A DNA stretch of 63,531 bases, the filler included, from Octopus bimaculoides (taxonomy: Eukaryota), in NCBI RefSeq assembly GCF_001194135.2. It is 4 parts of 4 records of this genome, joined end to end, with 100 filler letters (N's around TTAATTAATTAA, not from the genome) between each part and the next. Parts side by side here need not be neighbours in the genome. Positions count along the whole stretch, not along the records: positions 28,775 to 51,864 come from NC_068981.1; positions 51,965 to 60,835 come from NC_069004.1; 2 more parts are not named here. One strand, written 5' to 3'. A program made the translations under genes and the position numbers. This document shows, one piece after another, positions 46,971-58,454 of this stretch. Every line of letters begins with the position of its first letter. Within the stretch, counting starts at the first letter, position 1. The notes under the pieces were generated by a model. It did not search any database, had not been told where the DNA came from, and saw only the letters and a program-made list of their open reading frames with translations.

Positions 46971-49887
46971 GTAAGTAGATATATTTATCTTGAAACTATC
47001 CAAATTCCATCATAAATTTATTTTCTTCGTATTTTCATTTACATTCTACCACGTTGCTGTTTTATTTTTAATATGTAGTCTTAATTTAAATAAAATTTAC
47101 TATTAATCTAAAATGTTAATATGGTGGAGATGGAGTATATGTAATCTGGGTATACCCCCCAAAAATCTCAATTTCAAAATTTCGATCCCCCGGTTTTTAT
47201 ATAGATCCACAGGGTAAACCTAACCCTGACCGTAACCCTAACACTAGTTTTGTGAGATTTGGCTGTTATTTCTAGCATGTAAATAGCCTGCTTGGTGGGG
47301 GGGAGGAATTTTTTTTTTTCAGAATCGGAATCTCAATAGCCTAAAACGTGGGATTCCGTAAAAAAAATTAATAAATNNNNNNNNNNNNNNNNNNNNNNNN
47401 NNNNNNNNNNNNNNNNNNNNNNNNNNNNNNNNNNNNNNNNNNNNNNNNNNNNNNNNNNNNNNNNNNNNNNNNNNNNNNNNNNNNNNNNNNNNNNNNNNNN
47501 NNNNNNNNNNNNNNNNNNNNNGGTTCAGATTACATATAGTCCATCTCTACCGTTAATATAATAATTGTAATTTTTGTTGAAATTTAAGGCGATAATTTGT
47601 TTAGTAAGGAAAATGGCATAACTTTCATATCTGACATTGTGGTAGGGTGACGTATTTAAAATAGTAACTTGTTAGGGTTTACATTTTTTTTTTTTATTAA
47701 ATAAGATCATTAGAAGTATACCATACATAGCAGGTTGCACATGCCATTGTATCTGTGGAGTTCTACGTAAATTTGTAATCTTTGACTTAAGCGACATAAT
47801 TAAAAACAATCATCAGGAAATATTCTCTTTTCTCTTTTACTTTACTTGTTTCAGTCATTTGACTGTGGCCATGCTGGTGCACCGCCTTTAGTCGAGCAAA
47901 TCGACCCCAGGACTTATTCTTTGTAAGCCTAGTACTTATTCTATCGGTCCAGTTTGCCGAACCTCTAAGTTACGGGGACGTAAACATACCACCATCGGTT
48001 GGGGATAAACACAGACACACAAACACACACACACACAATAATGGTAATGAAATTTCAAAAGTAATTTAAGGAATATAAATTGTCGTTTTTGCTAAGTTAA
48101 TCCATATTTTAATGTTACTTTTTCCTTGTGTATTCTCATTTCTCTTTTTGATTAGATTGGGAAACAATATGAACTTTTAAATTGTGATAAACATCGACAT
48201 TTAGGAAAAAAATTCAAAAAGGATATGTCAACATGCAGACCAGACATCACTCACCAAGTAAGTTCAATTTATTGCTTCATTAAAAATTTGTTTTACAAAC
48301 ACACATAACATATAAATGAGCAGTTCTATGGTGATTGGGACTCAGTGTCGCTTTCTCCCACACCTGAATAATATCTTTTATCAGTTTTTGTCATTAGGCT
48401 GTGACCATGCTGGAGCACTGCCTCAGGGAATTTTAAGTCAAATGAACTGACCCCAATACTTATGTTTTTTCTCTTTAAGCCTCATACTTATTTTGTTAGT
48501 CTCTTTTGCTGAACCACTAAGTTACAGAGATGTAAAGATGCCAATACCAGTTGTCAAGCATTGGTAGGGGACAAAGATACACACACATTATGACAGTTTC
48601 TTTCAGTTTCTATCTACCAAACCCCGTCACAAGGTTTTGGTTGGCCTGAGGCTGTAGTAGAAGACACTTGCCCAAGGTGCCACACATTGGGACTGAATCA
48701 GAATCATATGATTGAGAAACAAACTTCTTAGTACATTGCCACACCTGCATTTGTAATCTTTTTGTTTTTGTTCTTGTAAAAAACTTTGTTGTTGCTGAAT
48801 ACTCTATACATTTACTGTGTCCACCTCCTGTACTGGTGTCACAATGAGACTTTCTCCCCCAGCCAAATTCCCTCTACAGGTAAGTAGTGAATGAAACTAC
48901 TTTATCTAGTGCTGATACACCCAGTACACACTGTGAAGTTTGGTTGGCAAACGAGTAGAGAAAGTATAGGTTTGTGAGGCCAGTCTTGTGTTATTGACTA
49001 TTCAAACTGACTAGTGTTGGAGCCCTGAAAAAAGCACCGAGTGCACTCTGTAGAGCGGTTGGCAATAGAAAGGGCATTCGGCCCTAGAAACTAAACTAAG
49101 CCAGTAAGAAGTTATGCAAACAGTGAAAGCTTGTCCAACCCATACCAGCATGGAAAGCAGATGCAAAATGATAATGTTTTGCCTCAGGATATTCTTGATT
49201 GAGCATATCTATGAGTAAAAGCATTCCAACTATGACCATCCTGTTTTATCTCAAATCATCTCTGATCAAAGATACATGATGGGCTTCTTTTAATTTTCAT
49301 CTACCAAGTCCACTTATAAGACTTTGGTCAGTCTGAGGCACTTGTAGAATACATTTGCCCAAAGTGCTGTGCTATGGGATTGAACCCAAGACCACATAGT
49401 TGGGAAGCAAGCTTCTTAACCACACAGCCACATTTGTGCCTAAAAATAAAAATTTAAAACTTGTTTTCAACTAATTGCAAATTTTAGAAAAGTCAAGCAA
49501 TTTTTCTTGTACTCTTAAAAAGAAAGCAGCTATTGTTTTTATTTTTGTATTTTAATTTTTAGTGGCCAGGTGTAAATTATTTTAATTTGTGGTATAACAA
49601 TTCATTGTTATTTTACATCTTTGTTTTTTGTTTGTTTTTTCTTTTCAGTGTTTACTGATGTTGATGGATAGTCCACTTAACCGTGCTAATCTTCTTCAAG
49701 TTTATGTCCATACAGAAAAGAATGTTCTGATTGAAATAAATCCACAGACTAGAATTCCTCGCACTTTTGAGAGATTTAGTGGGCTGATGGGTAAATAAAA
49801 TATACATTTTTTTTATATACAACAGCTATGCTAGAACATTACTTTTCAAGGGTTTCGTTGGGTAGTAACAGCAGATTCATAATAGAT

Positions 49888-49919
<32 letters not shown>

Positions 49920-50275
49920 AGGTCCTTTTTTTCATACTGGCATGGATTGGCTGGTTTGACAGGAGCCGGCCAGGTAGAAGCCTACATCAAACTTCTATGT
50001 CTGTTTTTGGCAAGGTTTTTATAACTGGATGTCATTCCCAACACCAACCACCTACAGAGTGGTTATATATATATATATTTTATTTTTACTTGTTTCAGTC
50101 ATTTGACTGCTGCCATGCTGGAGCACCACTTTTAGTCGAGCAAATCGACCCCAGAACTTATTCTTTGTAAGCCTAGTACTTATTCTATCGGTCTTGTTTG
50201 CCGAACCACTAAGTTACGGGGACGTAAACACATCAGCATCGGTTGTCAAGCCATGTTGGGGGGACAAACACATAT

Positions 50276-50329
<54 letters not shown>

Positions 50330-51153
50330 GACGGGCTTCTTTCAGTTTCTGTCTACCAAATCCACTCACAAGGCTTTGGTCGGCCTGAGGCTATAGTAGA
50401 AGACACTTGCCCAAGGTGCCACACAGTGAGACTGAACCCAGAACCATGTGGTTGGTAAGCAAGCTACTTACCACACAGCCACACCTGCACCTATATATAT
50501 ATGAGGGATCACTATCAGTTGCTATGATAAAGATGCAATTGTTTGATCAACTGAATTAACATGTAGCTTGCTACACATTTTACAGACACATATATCCTTA
50601 ACCCTTTAGCATTCAGGTTACTCTGTCAGATATTGTGCTTATCTATTCACATTGTTTTCAATTAATTGTACATTATATCATAGCATTGAAATATTAAAAG
50701 ATACCAAGCTAAGTAAAAGTGTGGTTGCCCTTCCATTGAAGCCCGTCACTAATCACAAAGCCATCTCCCTCAAACCACACACCTCACTCTGTCTTGTCTT
50801 ACAAGTTAACAGAAACATCCAACCATAGAAACCCTGCCAAAGATGATGTTGGGTCCTGTTGAACCGTCCAACCCATGCCAGCATGGAATACGAATGTTAA
50901 TGGTAATGACAAACATACACACATCAAATAGGCTTCCATACACTTTCTCCACCAAACTTTACTTGTAAGGCTTTGGTACAGCCTAACACTGTAGTAGTAG
51001 ATAGTTGGATCCTGTGAGAACCATTTGATTATGAAACAAACGCTTTAACCTTGCAGTTAAGCCTAACTGATAAGTTGTATTCTTTACATTACAGTTCAGC
51101 TTCTTCACAGACTTAGTGTGCATGCATCAGATGGACCACAGAAACTACTGAAG
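46839..51153 (+). CDS. EMG1: EMG1/NEP1 18S rRNA pseudouridine N1-methyltransferase (SPOUT family), 3'-partial: join(46839..46970,48156..48257,49649..49790,51095..51153), 145 aa visible
   Basis: Translation: [145 protein letters not shown]. It carries the hallmark NEP1 motifs RLIVVLE, YELLNCD, RPDITHQCLL.L.DSPLN and [19 protein letters not shown]. Introns are GT-AG with phases 0,0,1. Confidence 0.97.
48156..48257 (+). CDS. EMG1: EMG1 coding exon 2 (102 nt)
   Basis: tctttttgattag|ATTGGG...CACCAA|gtaagt; contains RPDITHQ. Confidence 0.95.
49649..49790 (+). CDS. EMG1: EMG1 coding exon 3 (142 nt)
   Basis: ttcttttcag|TGTTTA...CTGATGG|gtaaat. Confidence 0.96.
50085..50485 (-). mobile_element. Full-length family C SINE with internal microsatellite, EMG1 intron 3
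   Basis: tRNA-like head at the 50485 end, (CA)n(TA)n at ~50270-50330, tail ...gactgaaacaagtaaa. Partial copies lie at ~33620-33830, 36170-36320, 36580-36905, 47830-48035, 48380-48750, 55380-55600 and 60120-60325. Confidence 0.88.
51095..51153 (+). CDS. EMG1: EMG1 coding exon 4 (59 nt)
   Basis: tacattacag|TTCAGCTT...CTGAAG|gttggt; encodes [20 protein letters not shown]. Confidence 0.93.
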
Positions 51154-51520
51154 GTTGGTCATTAATTTTATTACTTTGTTGTTTGAATGAAAATGGCCAA
51201 TTACAGAATTAATTTTTTTTTTTTTTGTTTTCCAAGTACTTGGTGACCGTGTCAGTGCAGGTGACACTTAAAAATGCCCAGTCCACACTGTAAAGTGGTT
51301 GGTGTTCGGAAGGGCATCCAGCTGTAAAACCTTACCCAAACTGACCTCACCTGTGCTTGTGCCACAAAAAAAAGCACAGTCCACTCTGCTGAGTGGTTGA
51401 TGTTAGGAAGGACATCCAGCTGTAAAAATACTGCCAAAACAGTCACAGAAGTCTGGTGCAGGCTTCAACATAGCCAACTCTTGTGAAACTGAGCCGTCTA
51501 GCATGGAAGGCAGCCATTAA

Positions 51521-51864
51521 ATGATGATCAGCAATGAATTCCGGGTAGAGGTAGGGGTCCACCAAGGTTCCGTCCTCAGCCCCCTCTTATTTACCATAGT
51601 CCTCCAGGCAATCACAGAGGAGTTCAAGACAGGTTGCCCCTGGGAGCTCCTCTATGCTGATGACCTTGCCCTAATTGCGGAGTCACTATCAGAACTAGAG
51701 GAGAAGTTTCAGGTGTGGAAGCAAGGTCTAGAATTGAAGGGCCTTAGAGTCAACCTAGCTAAAACCAAAATCCTAATAAGTAGGAAGGTAGATAAAACAC
51801 AAACCCCTTCAGGTAGATGGCCCTGCTCAGTATGTAGAAAAGGAGTAGGTAGTAACTCTATAAG
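51521..51864 (+). mobile_element. RTE-clade reverse transcriptase fragment (open frame), EMG1 intron 4, cut by join
   Basis: VGVHQGSVLSPLLF...WELLYADDLALIA...GLRVNLAKTK...WPCSVCRKGVGSNSI. Confidence 0.93.
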
Positions 51865-51964
51865 NNNNNNNNNNNNNNNNNNNNNNNNNNNNNNNNNNNN
51901 NNNNNNNNTTAATTAATTAANNNNNNNNNNNNNNNNNNNNNNNNNNNNNNNNNNNNNNNNNNNN
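51865..51964. other. Assembly join spacer N44-TTAATTAATTAA-N44
   Basis: Same 100-bp structure. Confidence 0.95.
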
Positions 51965-51995
<31 letters not shown>

Positions 51996-52964
51996 GTATA
52001 TGTTTGCGTGTCTGTGTTTGTCCGTCCCCTCCCAACATCGCTTGACAACCGATGCTGGTGTGTTTAAGTATAGAAAAATGTATCAGTATTGTTTTGCATA
52101 TACTAAGTATGGGAAACTTATAGATATCAATATTAGCTTGATATCTATAAGTTTTCCATACTGAGTATATGTAAAACAATACTGATACATTATTCAGACT
52201 AAAGAAAAAGCCCTGTTGACCTAAACGCTTTAAAACCAATTCAAACTATAAAGATCATGGCAATTGTGTTTTGCAGACACTACGAGTTATCTTATCTATC
52301 CCGCAATCCTTAATTTCTTTTTCTTTTTGTGGTAGTAGTTTTATTTTAGGGACATTTGCTTGTTATTTCTTCTAGACCCTATTACTATATAGATACAGTC
52401 TCATTTCACTAGCATTTATGACATGCATTTCCGTATACCGTGACATCATTCTCTCTCTCCAATATCTATCTTTACCTTAGTTGAAATACTTTTGGTAATT
52501 TTCCAAATATGAACTTTCCAAATCTCTATTGTTCCTACGTAATGTTGACCTTTATTATGCCGTTTCGTTGTGGTGTCAGCATCATTATCGCCGATGCTGT
52601 TTATAGAATAATATTTATGATTGACTTCATTCCAAGAATTTATCCCACATGTTCAAGACAACAATACAATATTTAAGTGACAACCTAGAAAACTCATAAA
52701 CCGTGTCATTTCCTCTGCTGCCAGAAACTCCGCAGAGAAACTCCATATTCAATAGAACCAACCTCAATCGATTCGAAGAACGAGAGACGCATTGTCGTTG
52801 GTTCCGAAGTGGAAATTTTCCAGTTCTTCAATCAAGTGCAGAACCTATTCATAGAATTAACCTTTTCAAGTGAGTGAATATTTCGACGAAGGTACGTTTG
52901 CCCTTATTGCAATCCTCAAACATCATTAAATTGAGAAAATGCAGTCAATTTGGATTATAGGTGC

Positions 52965-53085
52965 AACAGAACCACTACCACCACCACTTCCACCACCGCC
53001 ACTGCCACCGCCGCGGCCACCGCCACCGCCACCACGGCCACTGCCGCCGCCACCACCGTCGCTAACTCTGCTGTTGCTGCTGCTG

Positions 53086-53143
<58 letters not shown>

Positions 53144-53145
53144 CA
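52965..53145. repeat. Compound (ACC/GCC)n-(GCT)n-(ACT)n microsatellite
   Basis: Directly visible. Confidence 0.9.
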
Positions 53146-53859
53146 CAGTCTGAGCTGACACTACAGAATCCCTACAGTTTATGAGAGTGCGTGCCACTAT
53201 TTTTGTGCTCCGACACTGCACGACAACCGCTGTTGGCTTATTTAATTCCCCGTAACTAAGTTGCTCTCCAAATGAGACCAATAGAATAATAGGTCCCAAA
53301 CTTTTAATTAAAGCAACATCTGTACGCGATTAAACAACCTTTCAAGGCAGAATCCCAGCATGGTCGCGGTCTAATGACCGAAACAAATGAAAAATAAAAG
53401 CTAAATACTTCGCAAAAAATGGCGCAGGAATTACAAGTGTTAAGTGCCCTGCCACTGGTCAGCTTTATTTCAGGGATATTTGGCTGTAGTTTCTAGCAGA
53501 TCAAACAACGTTGTAAATGCTGTCACGTTGGCTGAAATCAAAGCCATTTCTCATCAGCCAGATTATTTTTTCAACTGCATAACGTAAAAGACTATAATAT
53601 TCGTAGCCAAACGAGTTCCACATGAAACATATTTTACGGGTGGAGGGCTGTGTGACTAAAATATCTATAGGAGTGTTACAGGTTATAGTGATCGGGGGTG
53701 AATGGGCGGGAAAGACATAAAAGCTTTGTCGGGGTGGATGCAAAAATTAATGAGAATGTTGCATGTATCGACCGCATATTCTGAAATATTATTCAAAATG
53801 AAAATAAAATGGTGTAGAAAATTTATAGACATACACACACAGACTAATGTATAATACAC

Positions 53860-54034
53860 ATATAAACATATACACATATTTCCTCACATATTCACACACG
53901 TGCACTCCTATATGTATAAATATAAAAATACGCATATACCCACACCACCATATACTTATACACACACATACTCAGACGTGAGCACACACACATAAACACA
54001 TACACACACATATATATGCATAAGTGCATATACA

Positions 54035-54115
<81 letters not shown>

Positions 54116-54206
54116 TCATTTACATACATAAACGTTAATATATATATATACGTATATACATGTATATATACTTACACACACACACATACACACACACACA
54201 CATAAA

Positions 54207-54262
<56 letters not shown>

Positions 54263-54800
54263 CATATACATATATACAGTATTCGTATTAGGTAGGTAGG
54301 TTAGTGTGTATGTAAGTCTGCATGTATGTAAATATATAAATATATAAACATAAAAATATCTATCTATAAATATACATATATGCATATATATGTATGTATG
54401 TCTATACATATGTATGTATGTATATATAAATACATATGCCTACACAGTCGCTGTAAATATAGAACGATCTGTACAGAATATTTTAATGTTTCTTTCTTAA
54501 TTTCTGTCTCTCTACACATGCATATATACATAAGTATACATATGCATATATACATAAGTACATACATGTGCATGTACATTTGTGCATATTCATGCACGCA
54601 AGTGTGTGTGCATGTATATATGGATATATATGCAAGAGTCCGGACACACGCTTACTCATATCGCACGCATTGCAATTCTATATACTTCACTGCCCACGCT
54701 CCCGTGTGTAGTTGTGTGAGTGTGTGAGTGTGAGTGTGTGAGTGTATGCTTGCGTAAGCGGGTGTGTGTTTGTGTGTAAGAGTGTGTTTGTGATATGCAA
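53860..54800. repeat. (TA)n/(CA)n/(TG)n microsatellite field
   Basis: Includes a pure (TA)n of ~75 bp near 54040-54110 and (CA)n near 54170-54250. Confidence 0.9.
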
Positions 54801-54899
54801 ACAGCATCCGTATCACCAAGATACATGTATAAATGAAATTATATACGTAGTAAATATAAATAGGTGTTAATGTGTTTACCTGTTTAACTATCTCGTCTC

Positions 54900-55210
54900 G
54901 TGAAGGTGCATGGCTCAGTGGTTAGAGCGTGAATCCGGACCGGGCTGCGTGTTGTGTTCTTGAGCAAGACACTTTATTTCTCGTTGCTCCAGTTCACTCA
55001 GCTGTAGAAATGAGTTGCGACGTCACATGTGCCAAGCCGTATCGGCCCCTTTGCCTTTCCCTTGAACAACACTGGTGGCGTGGAAAGGGGAGACCGGTAT
55101 GCTTGGACGTCTGCTGGTCTTCCATAAACAACCTTGCCCGGACTTGTGTCTGGGAGGGTAACTTTCTAGGTGCGATCCCATGGTCAGTCATGACCGAAGG
55201 GTGTCTCAGA
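54900..55210 (+). mobile_element. SINE with family-A head, different 3' body and an 11-bp TSD
   Basis: TATCTCGTCTC at 54889-54899 and 55211-55221; head gtgaaggtgcatggctcagtggttag. Confidence 0.88.
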
Positions 55211-55313
55211 TATCTCGTCTCTGATTGAACTATACGCATATCCCATCTCTCTCTCTTTCTCTTTCTCTAACATTTCTTTTTATACATATGTGCACATATG
55301 CATAGATACAATC

Positions 55314-55315
55314 GC

Positions 55316-55371
<56 letters not shown>

Positions 55372-55375
55372 GTAG
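55314..55375. repeat. (GATA)n tetranucleotide microsatellite
   Basis: Directly visible. Confidence 0.92.
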
Positions 55376-55596
55376 ATGTGTGTGTCCGTGTCTTTCTGTC
55401 TGTTTGTCCTCATCACAGCTTCACAACATGTACTGGTGTGTTTACGTCCCCGTAACTTAGAGGTCCGACGAAAGAGAATGAGTACTAGCCTTTAGAAATT
55501 ATAAATTCTGGGATCGAATTGTTCGCCTAACAATCCTTCAAAGTGGTGCCCCAGAATGGCCGAAGTCAAATGACTGAAACAAGTAAAAGAATAAAA

Positions 55597-55635
<39 letters not shown>

Positions 55636-55663
55636 TTGTAAGTTTTTATGTATACATATGTAA

Positions 55664-55696
<33 letters not shown>

Positions 55697-55861
55697 GGAC
55701 AGAGAGAGAGAGTATGTGCTTGCGCGCGCGCACGTGTGTGACAAAGCATAAATAATGGTCATTACCAATATTTTATTGTAAATTTGACTTACAGCTACTT
55801 TCAGCAGTCACACTGTTCTGGTTGTAACAAACCAGAACACTTATAGATTGCGAGAGGTTGC

Positions 55862-55901
<40 letters not shown>

Positions 55902-56524
55902 AGTGAGTGTGTGTGGACAAGCTGATGCATGCGCGTGGGTAAGCTTATGTATGCGTATGATTATAAACTGTATCATGTTTAGAAGTTTAGCCAAGACAAG
56001 TTGTATTTCTATACAACATGTTGACGGGCAGGATAAATGGTATCATCTCTATAGCTCCCTAATCCTCACGTTGGGATCTGTTCAACAATCTAGCGCCCTC
56101 TTTAACCTTTCCAAACAGATATTGTTGTAGCGCCACTATTAATATCTTCTTTAGTAAATCGCATTTATCGATCCGCATATATTAACTCGTTCTTGGCAGG
56201 TAATTTAATTCAGAAATAATTGGCACTTTGACTTCTTTTGATAGCATGCTACAATTCACTGTAGTATTGGATAAATATATAGGTTTATATACACAAAACA
56301 CTGTATATGGACAAATGATCTTGTCTGTTCATACAATATCATACAATATTCTAATGCGGCGAGCTGGCAGAAACGTTAGCACGCCGGGCAAAATGATTAG
56401 CGGTATTTCGTCTGTCTTTATGCTTTGAGTTCAAATTCCGTCGATAGCATTAATGAAACATGTGCTGTCCACAGAAGTGCACACTGGTACAGAGTGAAAT
56501 CACAAATGAAATAAAAGACGCAAG

Positions 56525-56811
56525 TTATGATAATGATGATGCTGATGGTGATGATGACGAAGACGACCACGACCACGACAACAACAACAGCAATAACAAC
56601 AACTCTATTGCGAAAAGCTAAGATTTTGAGCTCGGAGCTTGGGTATTGAGTGTCTTTCTCGATAAGATAACATCCGAGTACTAAAGCATGTAATTTACGG
56701 AAAGCCACCCTGTGAAACATCTGACAACGGATTGTTGACCGCTCTCACAGAATCAACATGAGCAAGTAAGACCGAGAGCTCTGAAAAGTAATAATAATAA
56801 TAATAATAATG

Positions 56812-56846
<35 letters not shown>

Positions 56847-57281
56847 GATAATAATAATAACGAGAAGAAGAAGAAAAAGAAGAAGAAGAAGGAGAAGGAG
56901 GAGGAGGAGGAGAAGAAGAAGAAGAAGAAGAAGAAGAAGAAGAAGAAGAAGAAGAAGAAGAAGAATACAGGAACCATAAACAAGGATAACATTTATAATA
57001 ATAATATTTCATCGTTAAGGGTCAGGTGTTTTCCTCGCCAGTTGTGTGTTTTTTTAACTCGAAGAAGTTCATTAGCAAACGATACACCATATATAACGTG
57101 ATAAAGTGAAAAATGACAAGAAAAAATTTAGAAAGCAATAGAGAGTGAGGAAAAGCGAGCAACAAAGACAACAAGAAAAAAAAAACAGTCCATCAATAAC
57201 AGTTTTAGAACTACAACGTCAACAAGAACAACAATGCAAATTGTAATAATAACAAAAAGAGCAAAAGTTAGTGAGAGATTA

Positions 57282-57320
<39 letters not shown>

Positions 57321-57760
57321 AAGAAACATCCGAAAAGAAAAAAAAACCGCTTCGGGAGCAAAATAGGAATATAATACGAAAAACTATATTACAATATATA
57401 CAAAAAGGTAAGAGCGATGGATTCAATGAGATCATAATGATGATGATGGTGATGATGATTATATTGAAGATGATGATATGATGATGATGATGATGACGAC
57501 GACGATGATGACGATGATGGCGGTGTTGGTGATGGTGGTAATTTTGACAGAAATGATGGTGTAGGTGATGGTTGCAATGATAAGGAAAATTAGCGATGAG
57601 GAGTAGGAGATGGAAGTGAAGGAGAAGAAAAGATGGAGGAGGATTTGCGGTTGTGATGGTAGAGACGGATGGAGATGAAGCAGTAGGAGGGGAGAGGATG
57701 AGAAGTAGAAGATGGAATGACAAACATACAAAGACATTAAAAGAATGAGAAGCATCACGT
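56525..57760. repeat. Low-complexity field: (GAT)n, (AAT)n, (GAA/GGA)n, poly(A)
   Basis: Directly visible; purine-biased on the + strand throughout. Confidence 0.9.
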
Positions 57761-58411
57761 GTTTTGCATGAAATCGATTTTACAAATCGCCTGAACATGT
57801 TTTTTCGGTTTTTATGTTTATCTTCCATGATACGTGCATTGATGCTGATGTATATATATATATATATATATATNNNNNNNNNNNNNNNNNNNNNNNNNNN
57901 NNNNNNNNNNNNNNNNNNNNNNNNNNNNNNNNNNNNNNNNNNNNNNNNNNNNNNNNNNNNNNNNNNNNNNNNNNNNNNNNNNNNNNNNNNNNNNNNNNNN
58001 NNNNNNNNNNNNNNNNNNNNNNNNNNNNNNNNNNNNNNNNNNNNNNNNNNNNNNNNNNNNNNNNNNNNNNNNNNNNNNNNNNNNNNNNNNNNNNNNNNNN
58101 NNNNNNNNNNNNNNNNNNNNNNNNNNNNNNNNNNNNNNNNNNNNNNNNNNNNNNNNNNNNNNNNNNNNNNNNNNNNNNNNNNNNNNNNNNNNNNNNNNNN
58201 NNNNNNNNNNNNNNNNNNNNNNNNNNNNNNNNNNNNNNNNNNNNNNNNNNNNNNNNNNNNNNNNNNNNNNNNNNNNNNNNNNNNNNNNNNNNNNNNNNNN
58301 NNNNNNNNNNNNNNNNNNNNNNNNNNNNNNNNNNNNNNNNNNNNNNNNNNNNNNNNNNNNNNNNNNNNNNNNNNNNNNNNNNNNNNNNNNNNNNNNNNNN
58401 NNNNNNNNNNN

Positions 58412-58454
<43 letters not shown>

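Noticed and set aside
48300-48370. Possible intronic snoRNA in EMG1 intron 2 (ATGGTGA...CTGA; hairpin + ACA)
   Set aside because: Too short, boxes imperfect and no recognisable rRNA guide.
52660-52895. Unique segment ending in GAAG|gtacgt (exon-like, possible EMG1 continuation)
   Set aside because: Stops in all plus frames before the donor and no EMG1 similarity.
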